DNA of 64,000 bases, taken from contig OMVX01000004.1 of NCBI GenBank assembly GCA_900314605.1, forward strand, positions 8,226 through 72,225, written 5' to 3'. This DNA is from an uncultured Methanobrevibacter sp. (GTDB lineage Archaea > Methanobacteriota > Methanobacteria > Methanobacteriales > Methanobacteriaceae). The notes under the pieces are model-generated. The model was not told the DNA's origin and searched no databases. It worked only from the letters and a program-made list of their open reading frames with translations. Positions within the stretch are counted from its first letter, which is position 1. Each line of letters begins with the position of its first letter. Of this stretch, positions 41,275 through 50,753 are shown piece after piece. The position numbers were made by a program, and so were the translations under genes.

Positions 41275-42225
41275 ATGTCCAATAATGAATTAAAATCACA
41301 GGAGATAAGAAGATTAACTACACCTTTAACTATTAAAAATAATAAAGTCTATGATGAAAAGGGAAAGCTTCTTAAATGTGTTGAAACTATTAGGGATGTA
41401 CGTTTTATAATAGAGCCAGATACTAATATATTAAATGAGGATGAGATTTTACAGTATGCTCCTGAATCTAAAACTGCATCTAAAATTAGATTAAATAGAG
41501 GTATTGGTGATTATAATGATGTTATATTAATTAATGAATCCCTTCCTTATGCAATTGCTTTTTATTATGTGGTGATAGTATCCTTATCTATTATTGTAAT
41601 TACTTCCGGTGATTTATTTATAAAACTAGTCTTATTACTTTTGTTTATATTTCCATTACTTATACTATATTATGTTTTTAACTTAAATAGGTATATTGGT
41701 AAAGGAGTATCAAAGAAGACTATTAAAAAGAAAAATTCTACTAAAAAAGAGGATACTAATACTGATGCATTAACAGAAGAGGCTTTCGAAAGTTTGAATA
41801 TTAAAGAACCAGAAATAGAGACAGGGCCTTTAAATTCATTAAAGTCTTTTGAAAATCAGGCATATAATTTAAAAGTTTTATTTGATGTAAAAGAATCTTC
41901 TGTAAAAGAATTAATTGCAAAAAAATTTGAACCACCTCAAATCACATATGATAAATTTATTTCACTTGTAGATAATTCTCATAAAGTTTTCTATAAACAA
42001 TATGATTCAGTAATAGAAATAGCACTATTTGCAAGTGAAGATAATGAAAAGGTGAGAAATGAACTTAATTTAAAAATCCAGAATATGAAAGATATTATAA
42101 ATTATATTGAAGATTTAACAAATGAATTAGTATTAAATATTAATGATAATAATTCAAATGAAGATGTTAAAAACTTGTTGGATGAAATGCAAGACTTAGT
42201 TAGTTCAGTTAAAGAATATGAATAA
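41275..42225 (+). CDS. Membrane protein with XpaC-like (5-bromo-4-chloroindolyl phosphate hydrolysis family) C-terminal helical domain
   Basis: Two TM helices then LIAKKFEPPQITYDKF...helical bundle; upstream of telA as in bacterial xpaC-telA loci. Confidence 0.55.
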   Translation: MSNNELKSQEIRRLTTPLTIKNNKVYDEKGKLLKCVETIRDVRFIIEPDTNILNEDEILQYAPESKTASKIRLNRGIGDYNDVILINESLPYAIAFYYVVIVSLSIIVITSGDLFIKLVLLLLFIFPLLILYYVFNLNRYIGKGVSKKTIKKKNSTKKEDTNTDALTEEAFESLNIKEPEIETGPLNSLKSFENQAYNLKVLFDVKESSVKELIAKKFEPPQITYDKFISLVDNSHKVFYKQYDSVIEIALFASEDNEKVRNELNLKIQNMKDIINYIEDLTNELVLNINDNNSNEDVKNLLDEMQDLVSSVKEYE

Positions 42226-42291
42226 GTTTTTCATAAATTTATAAATAAGATTATTATAATATATTATTAATTGATTAATAAGGGGGATTTT

Positions 42292-42915
42292 ATGAGTAAA
42301 AATTGTCCAAAATGTGAAAATGAATTACCAGATAATGCTAAATTCTGTTCAAATTGTGGATATAAATTTGAAATAGAATCTAATTCAACTTCTAACAGTC
42401 AACCAAGCTCTATTAATAATCAAAATAATTCTAACTATCAAGAAAGTTCTATAAATAATCCAAATAATTCTAACATATTTAATAATGGTAAAATATTTTT
42501 AATATTAATTTTTCTAGTTATTATCATTGGAGGGGGAATTATATTAATTTCTACTGGAAATTCCTTAGATAATAAACCAGAAAATGTTACATTAACTATT
42601 ACAAATGTAGGAGGTTTTGGAGATGAATCCTACACATTATATACAGAGGCATTATTTGACCATGTACCATCTAACCTAGATGGATATAATGTTAAAACTA
42701 GTTATTATGATGATAACAATACATTAATTGGAAGTGAAAATGAAAAATTAAAAAAAGTTTACTATGATTCTGAATATAGTATAAGTTTTGGATACTATAC
42801 TTCTTATAAAAAACCAAATCCTAAATATGTAACAGTTGAAATTATTAAAGAAGGTTTAACAGTTAATCAAATTAAATATGAAATAGATAGAAATAAAATA
42901 GAGTTTTTAAATTAA
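42292..42915 (+). CDS. Zinc-ribbon domain membrane protein
   Basis: CPKC...AKFCSNCG, Asn/Ser/Gln-rich linker, one TM, extracellular domain; start reassigned to 42292. Confidence 0.8.
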   Translation: MSKNCPKCENELPDNAKFCSNCGYKFEIESNSTSNSQPSSINNQNNSNYQESSINNPNNSNIFNNGKIFLILIFLVIIIGGGIILISTGNSLDNKPENVTLTITNVGGFGDESYTLYTEALFDHVPSNLDGYNVKTSYYDDNNTLIGSENEKLKKVYYDSEYSISFGYYTSYKKPNPKYVTVEIIKEGLTVNQIKYEIDRNKIEFLN

Positions 42916-42924
42916 GGTGATTAT

Positions 42925-44067
42925 ATGGCAGAATTCTCATTAGATGTGGATGGAATAACAAATGATGTAGAAAAAAGTTTACAAAAAGAGGAGGAAAAAT
43001 TAGAAAATTCAAATTTCCAAGATCAAGCAGATAAAAATGCTGTAGCTATTTTTGATGCTGATTTCACTAACCCTCAGGAAAGAGACAGTATAATAAAACC
43101 TTTAGATAATTTTGGATTAGGAGAAATGACTAAGTCTGCTAACCATAATGAATTATTAGCTACAAGATTTGTTGATTTAACTAAAGGTGGAAAAGATGCT
43201 GATAATATTGGGGAGAAATTACTTGAATTAAATAAACAAGTGAAGGATTTAGACCCTAGTGGTATTGATTTTACAAAAAAAGGATTCTTAGGAAGTCTGA
43301 TGAATCCTATACGAAAATATTTTGCAAAATATGAAAAAGCAGAAGGAGCTATTGCAAATATAGTAGATTCATTGGATAAAAGTAGTCAGATACTACAAAA
43401 CGATAATGTAACCTTACAAAATGAAGAAGATTATTTAAGAGAAGTTACCAATAAGCTTCTTGCAGATATTGAACTTGGTAAAAAAATGGATGAGTCTATA
43501 GAAGCACAAATACAGAAAGCACAAATAGAGGGTGTTGATGAAGAAAAAATATCTTTTGTACAGGAAGAAGTATTATTCCCTCTTAGGCAAAGAATAATGG
43601 ATATGCAACAAATGATAGTTGTTAACCAACAGGGTATAGTTTCACTAAATGTTGTTAGACGTAATAATAAAGAGTTGATACGTGGTGTCAGACGTGCAAA
43701 AAATGTTACCGTATCAGCATTAAGAACTGGTGTAATGGTTGCAAGTGCATTATATGATCAAAAAATTGTTATGGATAAGATTAATATATTAAACAAAACT
43801 ACTGAAGATATTATACAAACTACTTCACATATGCTTAAAGATCAAGGTGCACAAATACAAAAGCAAAGTGCTGAAACTATGATTTCTCCTGAAGTTTTAA
43901 AACAATCATTTGCAGAGGCAATTCAAGCTATTGAAGATGTTAGTAATTATAAAATACAAGCACTTCCTAAAATGAAGGAATCTATTAATTTATTCTCTGA
44001 AATGGCAAATGATGGTCAGAAAGTAGTTGAAAAAATTGAAACAACAAATTCTAATTTAATTGAATAA
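42925..44067 (+). CDS. telA: Toxic anion resistance protein TelA/YaaN
   Basis: DLDPSGID...GFLG..M..IRKYF.KYE, LQNDNVTL, NNKELIRGV. Confidence 0.88.
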   Translation: MAEFSLDVDGITNDVEKSLQKEEEKLENSNFQDQADKNAVAIFDADFTNPQERDSIIKPLDNFGLGEMTKSANHNELLATRFVDLTKGGKDADNIGEKLLELNKQVKDLDPSGIDFTKKGFLGSLMNPIRKYFAKYEKAEGAIANIVDSLDKSSQILQNDNVTLQNEEDYLREVTNKLLADIELGKKMDESIEAQIQKAQIEGVDEEKISFVQEEVLFPLRQRIMDMQQMIVVNQQGIVSLNVVRRNNKELIRGVRRAKNVTVSALRTGVMVASALYDQKIVMDKINILNKTTEDIIQTTSHMLKDQGAQIQKQSAETMISPEVLKQSFAEAIQAIEDVSNYKIQALPKMKESINLFSEMANDGQKVVEKIETTNSNLIE

Positions 44068-44530
44068 TATGAATATTATAGCTAAACTTATTAAATCTTG
44101 GTGGGTAATTCTTTCAATTATTCCAGTTATTAATGGTTTTGGAATCATACATATTGGTTTAAAACATAATAATCCTAATTGGGTTCTTGAAGGTATTACC
44201 TATGAGGTTCCATGGTTCTTTTGTATATTAATTCTTGCTATTTATGGTAGCTTTAGTATACAATTTATTTTAATGTTATCAATAACATTGATTATATTGT
44301 TAGTAGGTATTATAAGGTCTATATGGATTGCTCTTAAACTAGTAGATATTTATGATAATCAGGAAAAATATACTTTTAAACAAACCCAATTAAAAGATAC
44401 TAGGGCGAAGACTAATAAATCTTCTAGAAATATTAATGATAAGCCTAAAAATAATAATATTAAAGGATGTTGTTTCTGTATTCTTCTTATATTTATTATT
44501 TTTGCAGTAATTACAATAATTAGACTTTAA
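44060..44530 (+). CDS. Membrane protein, translationally coupled to telA
   Basis: Four hydrophobic segments; overlaps the telA stop by 8 nt. Confidence 0.7.
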   Translation: MNNMNIIAKLIKSWWVILSIIPVINGFGIIHIGLKHNNPNWVLEGITYEVPWFFCILILAIYGSFSIQFILMLSITLIILLVGIIRSIWIALKLVDIYDNQEKYTFKQTQLKDTRAKTNKSSRNINDKPKNNNIKGCCFCILLIFIIFAVITIIRL

Positions 44531-44655
44531 AATATTTATTTTTTTTATTTTAACTGTCGTCTTTTTTTCTTAATTTTTCTTATAATCATTTAAAGTGTAT
44601 AATAAAATTTAGTATTTATTAAATTTTTTTTTTTATTTTCCAAAGTCTATTTTTT

Positions 44656-45114
44656 TTAAAATTTTTCTATTTTATAATCTATATTTTCTTTTGATAGTTT
44701 TACACCAGTAGATGTTTTATGAATTTCCAATCCACTTAAACTATCACAAGAACATAGAATGTCTTGTTCAGGATGTGTTCCAGGAGTTATATTACAATCA
44801 AATCTTACACTATCTCCTATTGATAAGACCATACTAAGTCTTTTTGATGCTTTATTATCTTTTGGTAGAATTAATATTGGTGATTGCATATCACGAGTAA
44901 CATAGGTAAGAGCCCTTATACCTTTTTCATATTTTTCACCTTTACCAAATGCAGAAACTGCAATAATATCATCATCTTCAGGGTATAATACTATTTCTTC
45001 ATTTTCTGATGTTTCAATAAAAAGCATATCACAATCAGACATTTTACTTATACCAACTATTCCATTATCCCCAATTAAAAACAATATTTCATCCTTTTCA
45101 AGTTTAATTTCCAT
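44656..45114 (-). CDS. Conserved hypothetical protein
   Basis: 152-aa ORF with AGGTGA RBS; PGTHPEQDILCSCD motif. Confidence 0.65.
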   Translation of the reverse strand: MEIKLEKDEILFLIGDNGIVGISKMSDCDMLFIETSENEEIVLYPEDDDIIAVSAFGKGEKYEKGIRALTYVTRDMQSPILILPKDNKASKRLSMVLSIGDSVRFDCNITPGTHPEQDILCSCDSLSGLEIHKTSTGVKLSKENIDYKIEKF

Positions 45115-45241
45115 ATGTTCACCTTTAAAAATAGTATATCTTAGTATAATATAAAATTTAAATAAATAAAATGAGTAATATAATTATATATTTTTTAAAA
45201 AATAAGTTAAAAAAATATTTATAAATTGTATAATAGTAAAA

Positions 45242-45270
45242 AAGGTTTATAGAATAATTCTATAAACTTT
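45242..45270. terminator. 13-bp hairpin overlapping the stop codon of the zinc-ribbon gene
   Basis: GTTTATAGAA-TAA-TTCTATAAAC perfect 10-bp core, extendable by 3 pairs. Confidence 0.45.
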
Positions 45271-45412
45271 CTGTATCTTCGCTTTTACAGTTTGGACAGA
45301 TAACTTTTTTACCTAGGCCTTTAAATTCATTTCCACAGCTTTTACATCTGTATTTTTTTGTTTTCAATTCTTTTAAATTTAAATCGCCCATTGGACCACC
45401 AGTAGAACACAT
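45260..45412 (-). CDS. Small zinc-ribbon protein (50 aa); absent from the ORF track
   Basis: Manual translation MCSTGGPMGDLNLKELKTKKYRCKSCGNEFKGLGKKVICPNCKSEDTESL; strong GAGGTGA RBS; CxxC-x12-CxxC. Confidence 0.85.
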   Translation of the reverse strand: MCSTGGPMGDLNLKELKTKKYRCKSCGNEFKGLGKKVICPNCKSEDTESL

Positions 45413-45480
45413 TTTTTCACCTCTAAAAATTATACTTAAATATATATTAATAAATTATATTATTTAATTTTTTTTAAAAT

Positions 45481-46179
45481 TTATTTAAAATTATCAGCAC
45501 TTTTTATAAGTTTCTCTGCAGTTTTTTCCTTCTTAGCATTAGAATCATCTTGTGCTGTTTCAAATAATATGGTGTTAAACCCTTCATTTGAAATAGGTAT
45601 TGTAACCCATTTAGGAGAAGTTCCCTCTGTAAATGTAAATTCAGGTATACCTGTATCTTCACTTAATTTATGAGCATACTCATTTGCTTTACTTGAATTT
45701 GTACTCATTACTTCAATAAATCTTGTAGGATCCCAATAGGGTTCCATTTCATGAAGGTCAATAACAGCTATAGGATTATATTGTACTACATCCTTAACAA
45801 TATATTTATATGCTAACATTTCTCCCATATGTCTATTAGTTTGATAGTCACTAGTATTCAAATTAGGAGCATTGAGATTTAATTTGATAAAATAGACTAT
45901 ATATTTTTTCTTTAACTTGTTTTCTTTGGTTAAGTTAATTATGGTTTTATTAGTTGCATTATGAATACCACTTTCAAAACTATGTACACCTAAAATCAAA
46001 ACTTCAGTTTCATTAGATGAGGCATTACCACATATTGTTTTATATACTGTACCATTAGAATTATTTCCTAAGATAGAGCATGTTATTTTATTTTCATTCA
46101 ATGGATTTATACTAAAAATTATTGCAATTATACTAAGTAAAATTAATATTGTAAGTAGAATTTTAAAAGTTTTTTTCAT
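45481..46179 (-). CDS. Membrane-anchored M14-like zinc peptidase
   Basis: N-terminal TM/signal; HxxE (GVHSFE), NR (TNRH), DLHE and C-terminal FET motifs in M14 order. Confidence 0.6.
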   Translation of the reverse strand: MKKTFKILLTILILLSIIAIIFSINPLNENKITCSILGNNSNGTVYKTICGNASSNETEVLILGVHSFESGIHNATNKTIINLTKENKLKKKYIVYFIKLNLNAPNLNTSDYQTNRHMGEMLAYKYIVKDVVQYNPIAVIDLHEMEPYWDPTRFIEVMSTNSSKANEYAHKLSEDTGIPEFTFTEGTSPKWVTIPISNEGFNTILFETAQDDSNAKKEKTAEKLIKSADNFK

Positions 46180-46640
46180 AATCTCAACTTCGATTCAATT
46201 TATTTAATCTATAATTATTAAATAATTATTAAATTTATAATAATTAATAAAATAATCATTAAATTAATAATAATTATTAATATAATAATTAATTTTATAA
46301 TAATAATGATTAAATTATAAATTTATAATATAATTCTAATCTTTATTAAATAATATATAAAATTAAAGTAAGAATAAATTTAATATTTATTTTAATTATT
46401 AGATTATTATTAAATAATATTTAAATATCTGAATAAATTTTTTATTATTGATATATTATTAATTATATTATTTATTAAAAATATAAAAACAATTATTTAT
46501 AATAATATTATATATTAATTTATATATTTGATAAATCTTTATTAATCTTTATTATTTAGATAAAATATAATAATAATTAAAGATTTTAACAATATTATTT
46601 GATTCAAATAATAATTATAAATTTATAAAGAGGAAATTTT

Positions 46641-47324
46641 ATGGATAAAAAGTTTAAAATTATAATAATTATAGTAATTATTGCAGTAATTGGAATTATT
46701 GCATCATTATCCTTAGGATTATTTTCTACAGGTCCTACTACAAAATTCAATAATAATTTTATGAGTGGATCAATTGTTGGTAATGCTACACTGCAACCGC
46801 CAGAAACTACATCCGAATATGATAAATGGGAACAAAGTTATAAAGATAATGCTAATGGAATAGAATATAATATGTCTACATGTGATAATTATACTTTCCT
46901 ATTAGATATTATGACCATTCAAAACGCTTTTCCTAAACCAGAAACCAGGAAATTTAATGGAGTAGAGTGGAAAATTTATTATTCTCAAGCAGTACCCGCA
47001 ATGGAAATAAATGAGGATAATCAAACTAATAATTCTAAACCTTTAGATGTGTATATTTTAACATGTGATTATCATAATCAAAGTTATCTAACAGTTGTAG
47101 TTTCTAATGGTACAGTTGAATGTGATGGGTCAACGTATTGCAAGTTGTATACTGATTATGTTGCTCCATACTTAGAATCTGTCAAGTTTAAGCATTCTGC
47201 AAATGCACCTCATATTTATGATATTCTTGGATTATCTAAAGGGGACTATGATATATTAGTAAAAGAAATGGCAGAATATAAGGCAGGTAATATAACAGAA
47301 CAAAATTCTACTCAATCTACATAA
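46641..47324 (+). CDS. Membrane-anchored hypothetical surface protein
   Basis: Basic N-terminus plus one TM, soluble domain with a few Cys. Confidence 0.65.
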   Translation: MDKKFKIIIIIVIIAVIGIIASLSLGLFSTGPTTKFNNNFMSGSIVGNATLQPPETTSEYDKWEQSYKDNANGIEYNMSTCDNYTFLLDIMTIQNAFPKPETRKFNGVEWKIYYSQAVPAMEINEDNQTNNSKPLDVYILTCDYHNQSYLTVVVSNGTVECDGSTYCKLYTDYVAPYLESVKFKHSANAPHIYDILGLSKGDYDILVKEMAEYKAGNITEQNSTQST

Positions 47325-47416
47325 TACTTTAAGTAAATTATTTAATTTACTTATAATTTTTTTTATTATTCTTTAATTATATTAAAATTAAATTATTTTT
47401 TTTAAAAGGTTTTAAA

Positions 47417-47950
47417 ATGGATGTAGTTATTTTTCATGCAGATGAATGTGATAAGCGTAAATGTACTGCTATAAAACTTGAAAAAGAAAAGAAAGGAAGG
47501 CTTGTATATAAACTACGTCATATTCCAAAAGGTGCAATTGTTCTTAATCCTTTTTCATTTAAATCAGTTTCTCGTCAAGATAGAAAATATATTGAAAAAA
47601 GAGGTGTTGTTGGTTTAGATTGTTCTTGGAATAAAGTTAATAAGTCTGCTACTTTTTTTTCACTTTCAAAGTATCATCGCGCATTACCTTTTTTAATAGC
47701 TACTAACCCTGTAAATTATGGTACTCCATGTACATTATCTACTGTTGAAGCTATTGCTGCTACGTTTTATATTGCAGGTTTTAAAGAAAAAGCTCATGAT
47801 TTAATGGACGGATTTAAATGGGGACATACATTTATAGAATTAAATTATGAACTTCTTGAGGCATATAGTGAAGTAGAGACAAGTCAAGAAGTTGTAGAAA
47901 TACAAAATGATTTTCTTAAAAAGAATAATTTAACTATAGAAAATGAATAA
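47417..47950 (+). CDS. tsr3: 16S rRNA aminocarboxypropyltransferase Tsr3 (DUF367)
   Basis: FHADECD.RKCT, GLDCSW, HRALPFLIATNPVNYG, LSTVEAIAA, FKWGHTFIELN. Confidence 0.93.
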   Translation: MDVVIFHADECDKRKCTAIKLEKEKKGRLVYKLRHIPKGAIVLNPFSFKSVSRQDRKYIEKRGVVGLDCSWNKVNKSATFFSLSKYHRALPFLIATNPVNYGTPCTLSTVEAIAATFYIAGFKEKAHDLMDGFKWGHTFIELNYELLEAYSEVETSQEVVEIQNDFLKKNNLTIENE

Positions 47951-48201
47951 TCTAAATTTTATTATATTTAATTATATTATACAAATTTTATTATAGATAA
48001 TAATTCTATTTTTATTAAATATTATATTTCCAACTATGAATAAATTATTGTTAATTTAAGGAAAAAAACTTAATATTTAAATACTATTATATCTATATAT
48101 TTTATTAATAGTAATGATAACTAGTTCTATTAATATTTGAATAATCACTTAATTATTATTAGAATATCATTTCAATTCATTTTTATAAAGGAGGATTAAT
48201 T

Positions 48202-48348
48202 ATGGCTAAGTTCCCAGAAGCAGAAGAAAGGATTTTTAATGTTAAAATTTGCTTGAAATGTGGTGCTCGTAATCCTGCTGCTGCTACCAATTGTAGAAAA
48301 TGTGGTTATAAAGGATTAAGATTTAAAGCAAAAGAACCTAGAGGATAG
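48202..48348 (+). CDS. rpl40e: 50S ribosomal protein L40e; absent from the ORF track
   Basis: Manual translation [48 protein letters not shown]; RBS AGGAGG. Confidence 0.97.
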   Translation: MAKFPEAEERIFNVKICLKCGARNPAAATNCRKCGYKGLRFKAKEPRG

Positions 48349-48375
48349 ACCCATCCTCTAATTCTAATTTAATAC

Positions 48376-48461
48376 ATAATACTATTTTTTAAATTATACT
48401 ATTTTTAATACATTATACTATTTTTATAAATTATAATATTTTTATAAATTATACTATTTTT
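48376..48461. repeat. Five imperfect copies of ATTATACTATTTTT (period 17-19 bp)
   Basis: Copies start at 48376, 48393, 48412, 48430, 48448. Confidence 0.7.
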
Positions 48462-48893
48462 AATACTTTTTATTAATTCTAAAATTATTTAAGAACTTAC
48501 TATTTTAACAATTTAGATACTTTACAATAATAAGAAATAATGTATTTTTTTTATAATTCATATATTAACTTAGATTTAATTAAAATCATTTAAATTTATG
48601 AAATTATTTTTAAAAAGAAATTTATAAAAAAATTTTTATTTTGAAAAATATTTATAAAATGAGATATATTTTAAATTTAAATAATAAGATTTGATTATTA
48701 TTGTATACATTATTTTATATGCTTAGTAAAATTTTACTTTATAGCAATTATTGAGTTTGCTTATTCTTATATGTTTAAGTACAAACTCATATTTTATATT
48801 CATAATTATCTAAAATTTTTTATAATAAGTAATTTAATATACTATATTAACCAATTTTATATTTATATTATATTTATTTTTTAAGGGATATTT

Positions 48894-49643
48894 ATGAATA
48901 TAGTAGAAGAACAATTTAAAGAAAATAGAAAAGATCATGTTTTACATTTAACTTTAATTGATCCAGATGAACAAAGTACAGATGAAGCTGTTAAGATTGC
49001 TACAGCTGCAAGTGAAGCAGGTAGTGATGGAATATTGATTGGAGGTTCAACAGTAGATCAATATGATGTAGATTCTACATGTAAAGCATTATCTGAAAAT
49101 ATAGATATTCCAATTATTATTTTTCCAGGAAATTCTTCAAATGTTAGTAAATATGCAGATGCAATTTTATTTATGAGTTTTCTTAACTCTAACAATCCAT
49201 ATTATATTGTTGGTGCACAAAGTTTAGCTGCATATAATGTTAAAAAATCAGGTATTGATATAATTCCTATGGGTTATATTGTAGTAGAACCAGGTGGAAC
49301 TGTTGGATGGGTTGGAGAAGCTAAACTTATCCCTCATGACAAGCCAAAAATAGCAGCAGCATATTCTATGGCAGCTGAATGTTTTGGTATGAGATATGTT
49401 TATCTTGAAGCAGGTTCTGGTGCAGATAAACAGGTATCTCCTGAAATGATTGCTTATACTAAAGCTGCTACTGATATTATGTTAATTGTTGGTGGAGGTA
49501 TTAGAGATGCTAAAGGGGCTTATATTGCTGCTAAAGCCGGTGCCGATTTAATTGTTACAGGTACTGTTGTAGAAGAATCTGATAATGTTAAAGAGAAAAT
49601 ATCAGAAATTATATCCGGTATTAGAAAGGCATCTTCAGAATAA
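48894..49643 (+). CDS. Geranylgeranylglyceryl phosphate synthase (GGGPS, group II)
   Basis: HLTLIDPD, ILIGGS, IIIFPG, YLEAGSGA, IVGGGIR, IVTGT. Confidence 0.95.
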   Translation: MNIVEEQFKENRKDHVLHLTLIDPDEQSTDEAVKIATAASEAGSDGILIGGSTVDQYDVDSTCKALSENIDIPIIIFPGNSSNVSKYADAILFMSFLNSNNPYYIVGAQSLAAYNVKKSGIDIIPMGYIVVEPGGTVGWVGEAKLIPHDKPKIAAAYSMAAECFGMRYVYLEAGSGADKQVSPEMIAYTKAATDIMLIVGGGIRDAKGAYIAAKAGADLIVTGTVVEESDNVKEKISEIISGIRKASSE

Positions 49644-49778
49644 TTTATTTTTAGTTATTTTTATTTTTTGATAAAATTTTATTATATATTTTATTTTATT
49701 TTAAAAATCGATATAATCATAGATATTATATTTATAATCAAATTATGACTTATTTTAAAATTATCAAAGGGGGATTAA

Positions 49779-50696
49779 ATGTTAGATTCATTATATGAAG
49801 AAGCATTAAAAAAGAGAGGGAAAATTATAGCTGAAATTGAAGAGTTTAACTCTTTAGATATAGATATTGCTGATTATTGGAATTTTAAATATGTTGAACC
49901 CTCTAATGAAGATATTAAAATCGCTGCAGGTGATGGAAGTTATTCTCATAAAAAATTTTTAGCATTTAATTTATATGCAGTTGCAGCTCTAGCTATCATT
50001 TATGATGGGAAAAATTTAGAGGAAATAGAAAAAGTCGAACTAGATACTGCAGAACATCATAAATTCTTTACAGATAAACTTAGAGCAAAAATGAGTATTT
50101 TTGAGATTAAAAATGCAGTTAGTGCAATTAATGATTATGGAGTGAATTATTTTTTAATAGATGGGTCATTATTCGGTGATTTAATTAGACCAATTCCTAA
50201 AGATAAAGATTTAAAGGATTTAGCTCTGGAAAATTTAGATAATATTCATAAATTTTTAAAACATAGAAAAAAAATTATTGCAATATCAAAAACATCAAGT
50301 TCTAATGATGTATTTCATAGTAATTATCCGGATATGTCAATTTTTGAGAGATTAAATAAAACAGAAGGATATTCTAATCCAATTTATAAGAATCTTAGTA
50401 GTGAAATGAAGTTTGAATTTCCTATACACAATACTTTCTTCAGGTCATTTGAATTTACAATTTTTTATCTGAGATTAGATGATTATAAAAATATTTTAAA
50501 GGTTGAACTTCCATATAAAGCCGATAAAAAACAGATAGAAGAAATTATTTCAATAATTAAAAGAGAATCTATAGAGGGTTATCCTTATTTACTTAAAAAG
50601 GCTCATAAGGGAGTTGTAATTAAAAATAAAAATATTGATGAACTTGCAACTATTATAGGTTTATATGAAAAATCAGGTAGAGAAATGTTAAATTAA
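49779..50696 (+). CDS. nurA: DNA double-strand break repair nuclease NurA
   Basis: AAGDGS, LIDGSL, IAISKTS, GYPYLLKKAH; operon context. Confidence 0.92.
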   Translation: MLDSLYEEALKKRGKIIAEIEEFNSLDIDIADYWNFKYVEPSNEDIKIAAGDGSYSHKKFLAFNLYAVAALAIIYDGKNLEEIEKVELDTAEHHKFFTDKLRAKMSIFEIKNAVSAINDYGVNYFLIDGSLFGDLIRPIPKDKDLKDLALENLDNIHKFLKHRKKIIAISKTSSSNDVFHSNYPDMSIFERLNKTEGYSNPIYKNLSSEMKFEFPIHNTFFRSFEFTIFYLRLDDYKNILKVELPYKADKKQIEEIISIIKRESIEGYPYLLKKAHKGVVIKNKNIDELATIIGLYEKSGREMLN

Positions 50697-50753
50697 TAAT
50701 ATAATTTAGATGAATTTAGATTAATGTAATTAAATAAGGTTTAAGGTGAAAAA

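Noticed and set aside
46200-46640. Replication origin (extreme AT-rich stretch)
   Set aside because: No ORB-like G-string motifs or cdc6/orc1 gene; similar AT deserts occur in most intergenic regions here.
48376-48461. Possible CRISPR or iteron array
   Set aside because: Low-complexity AT units with only 3-5 nt between them; no unique spacers and no replication gene.
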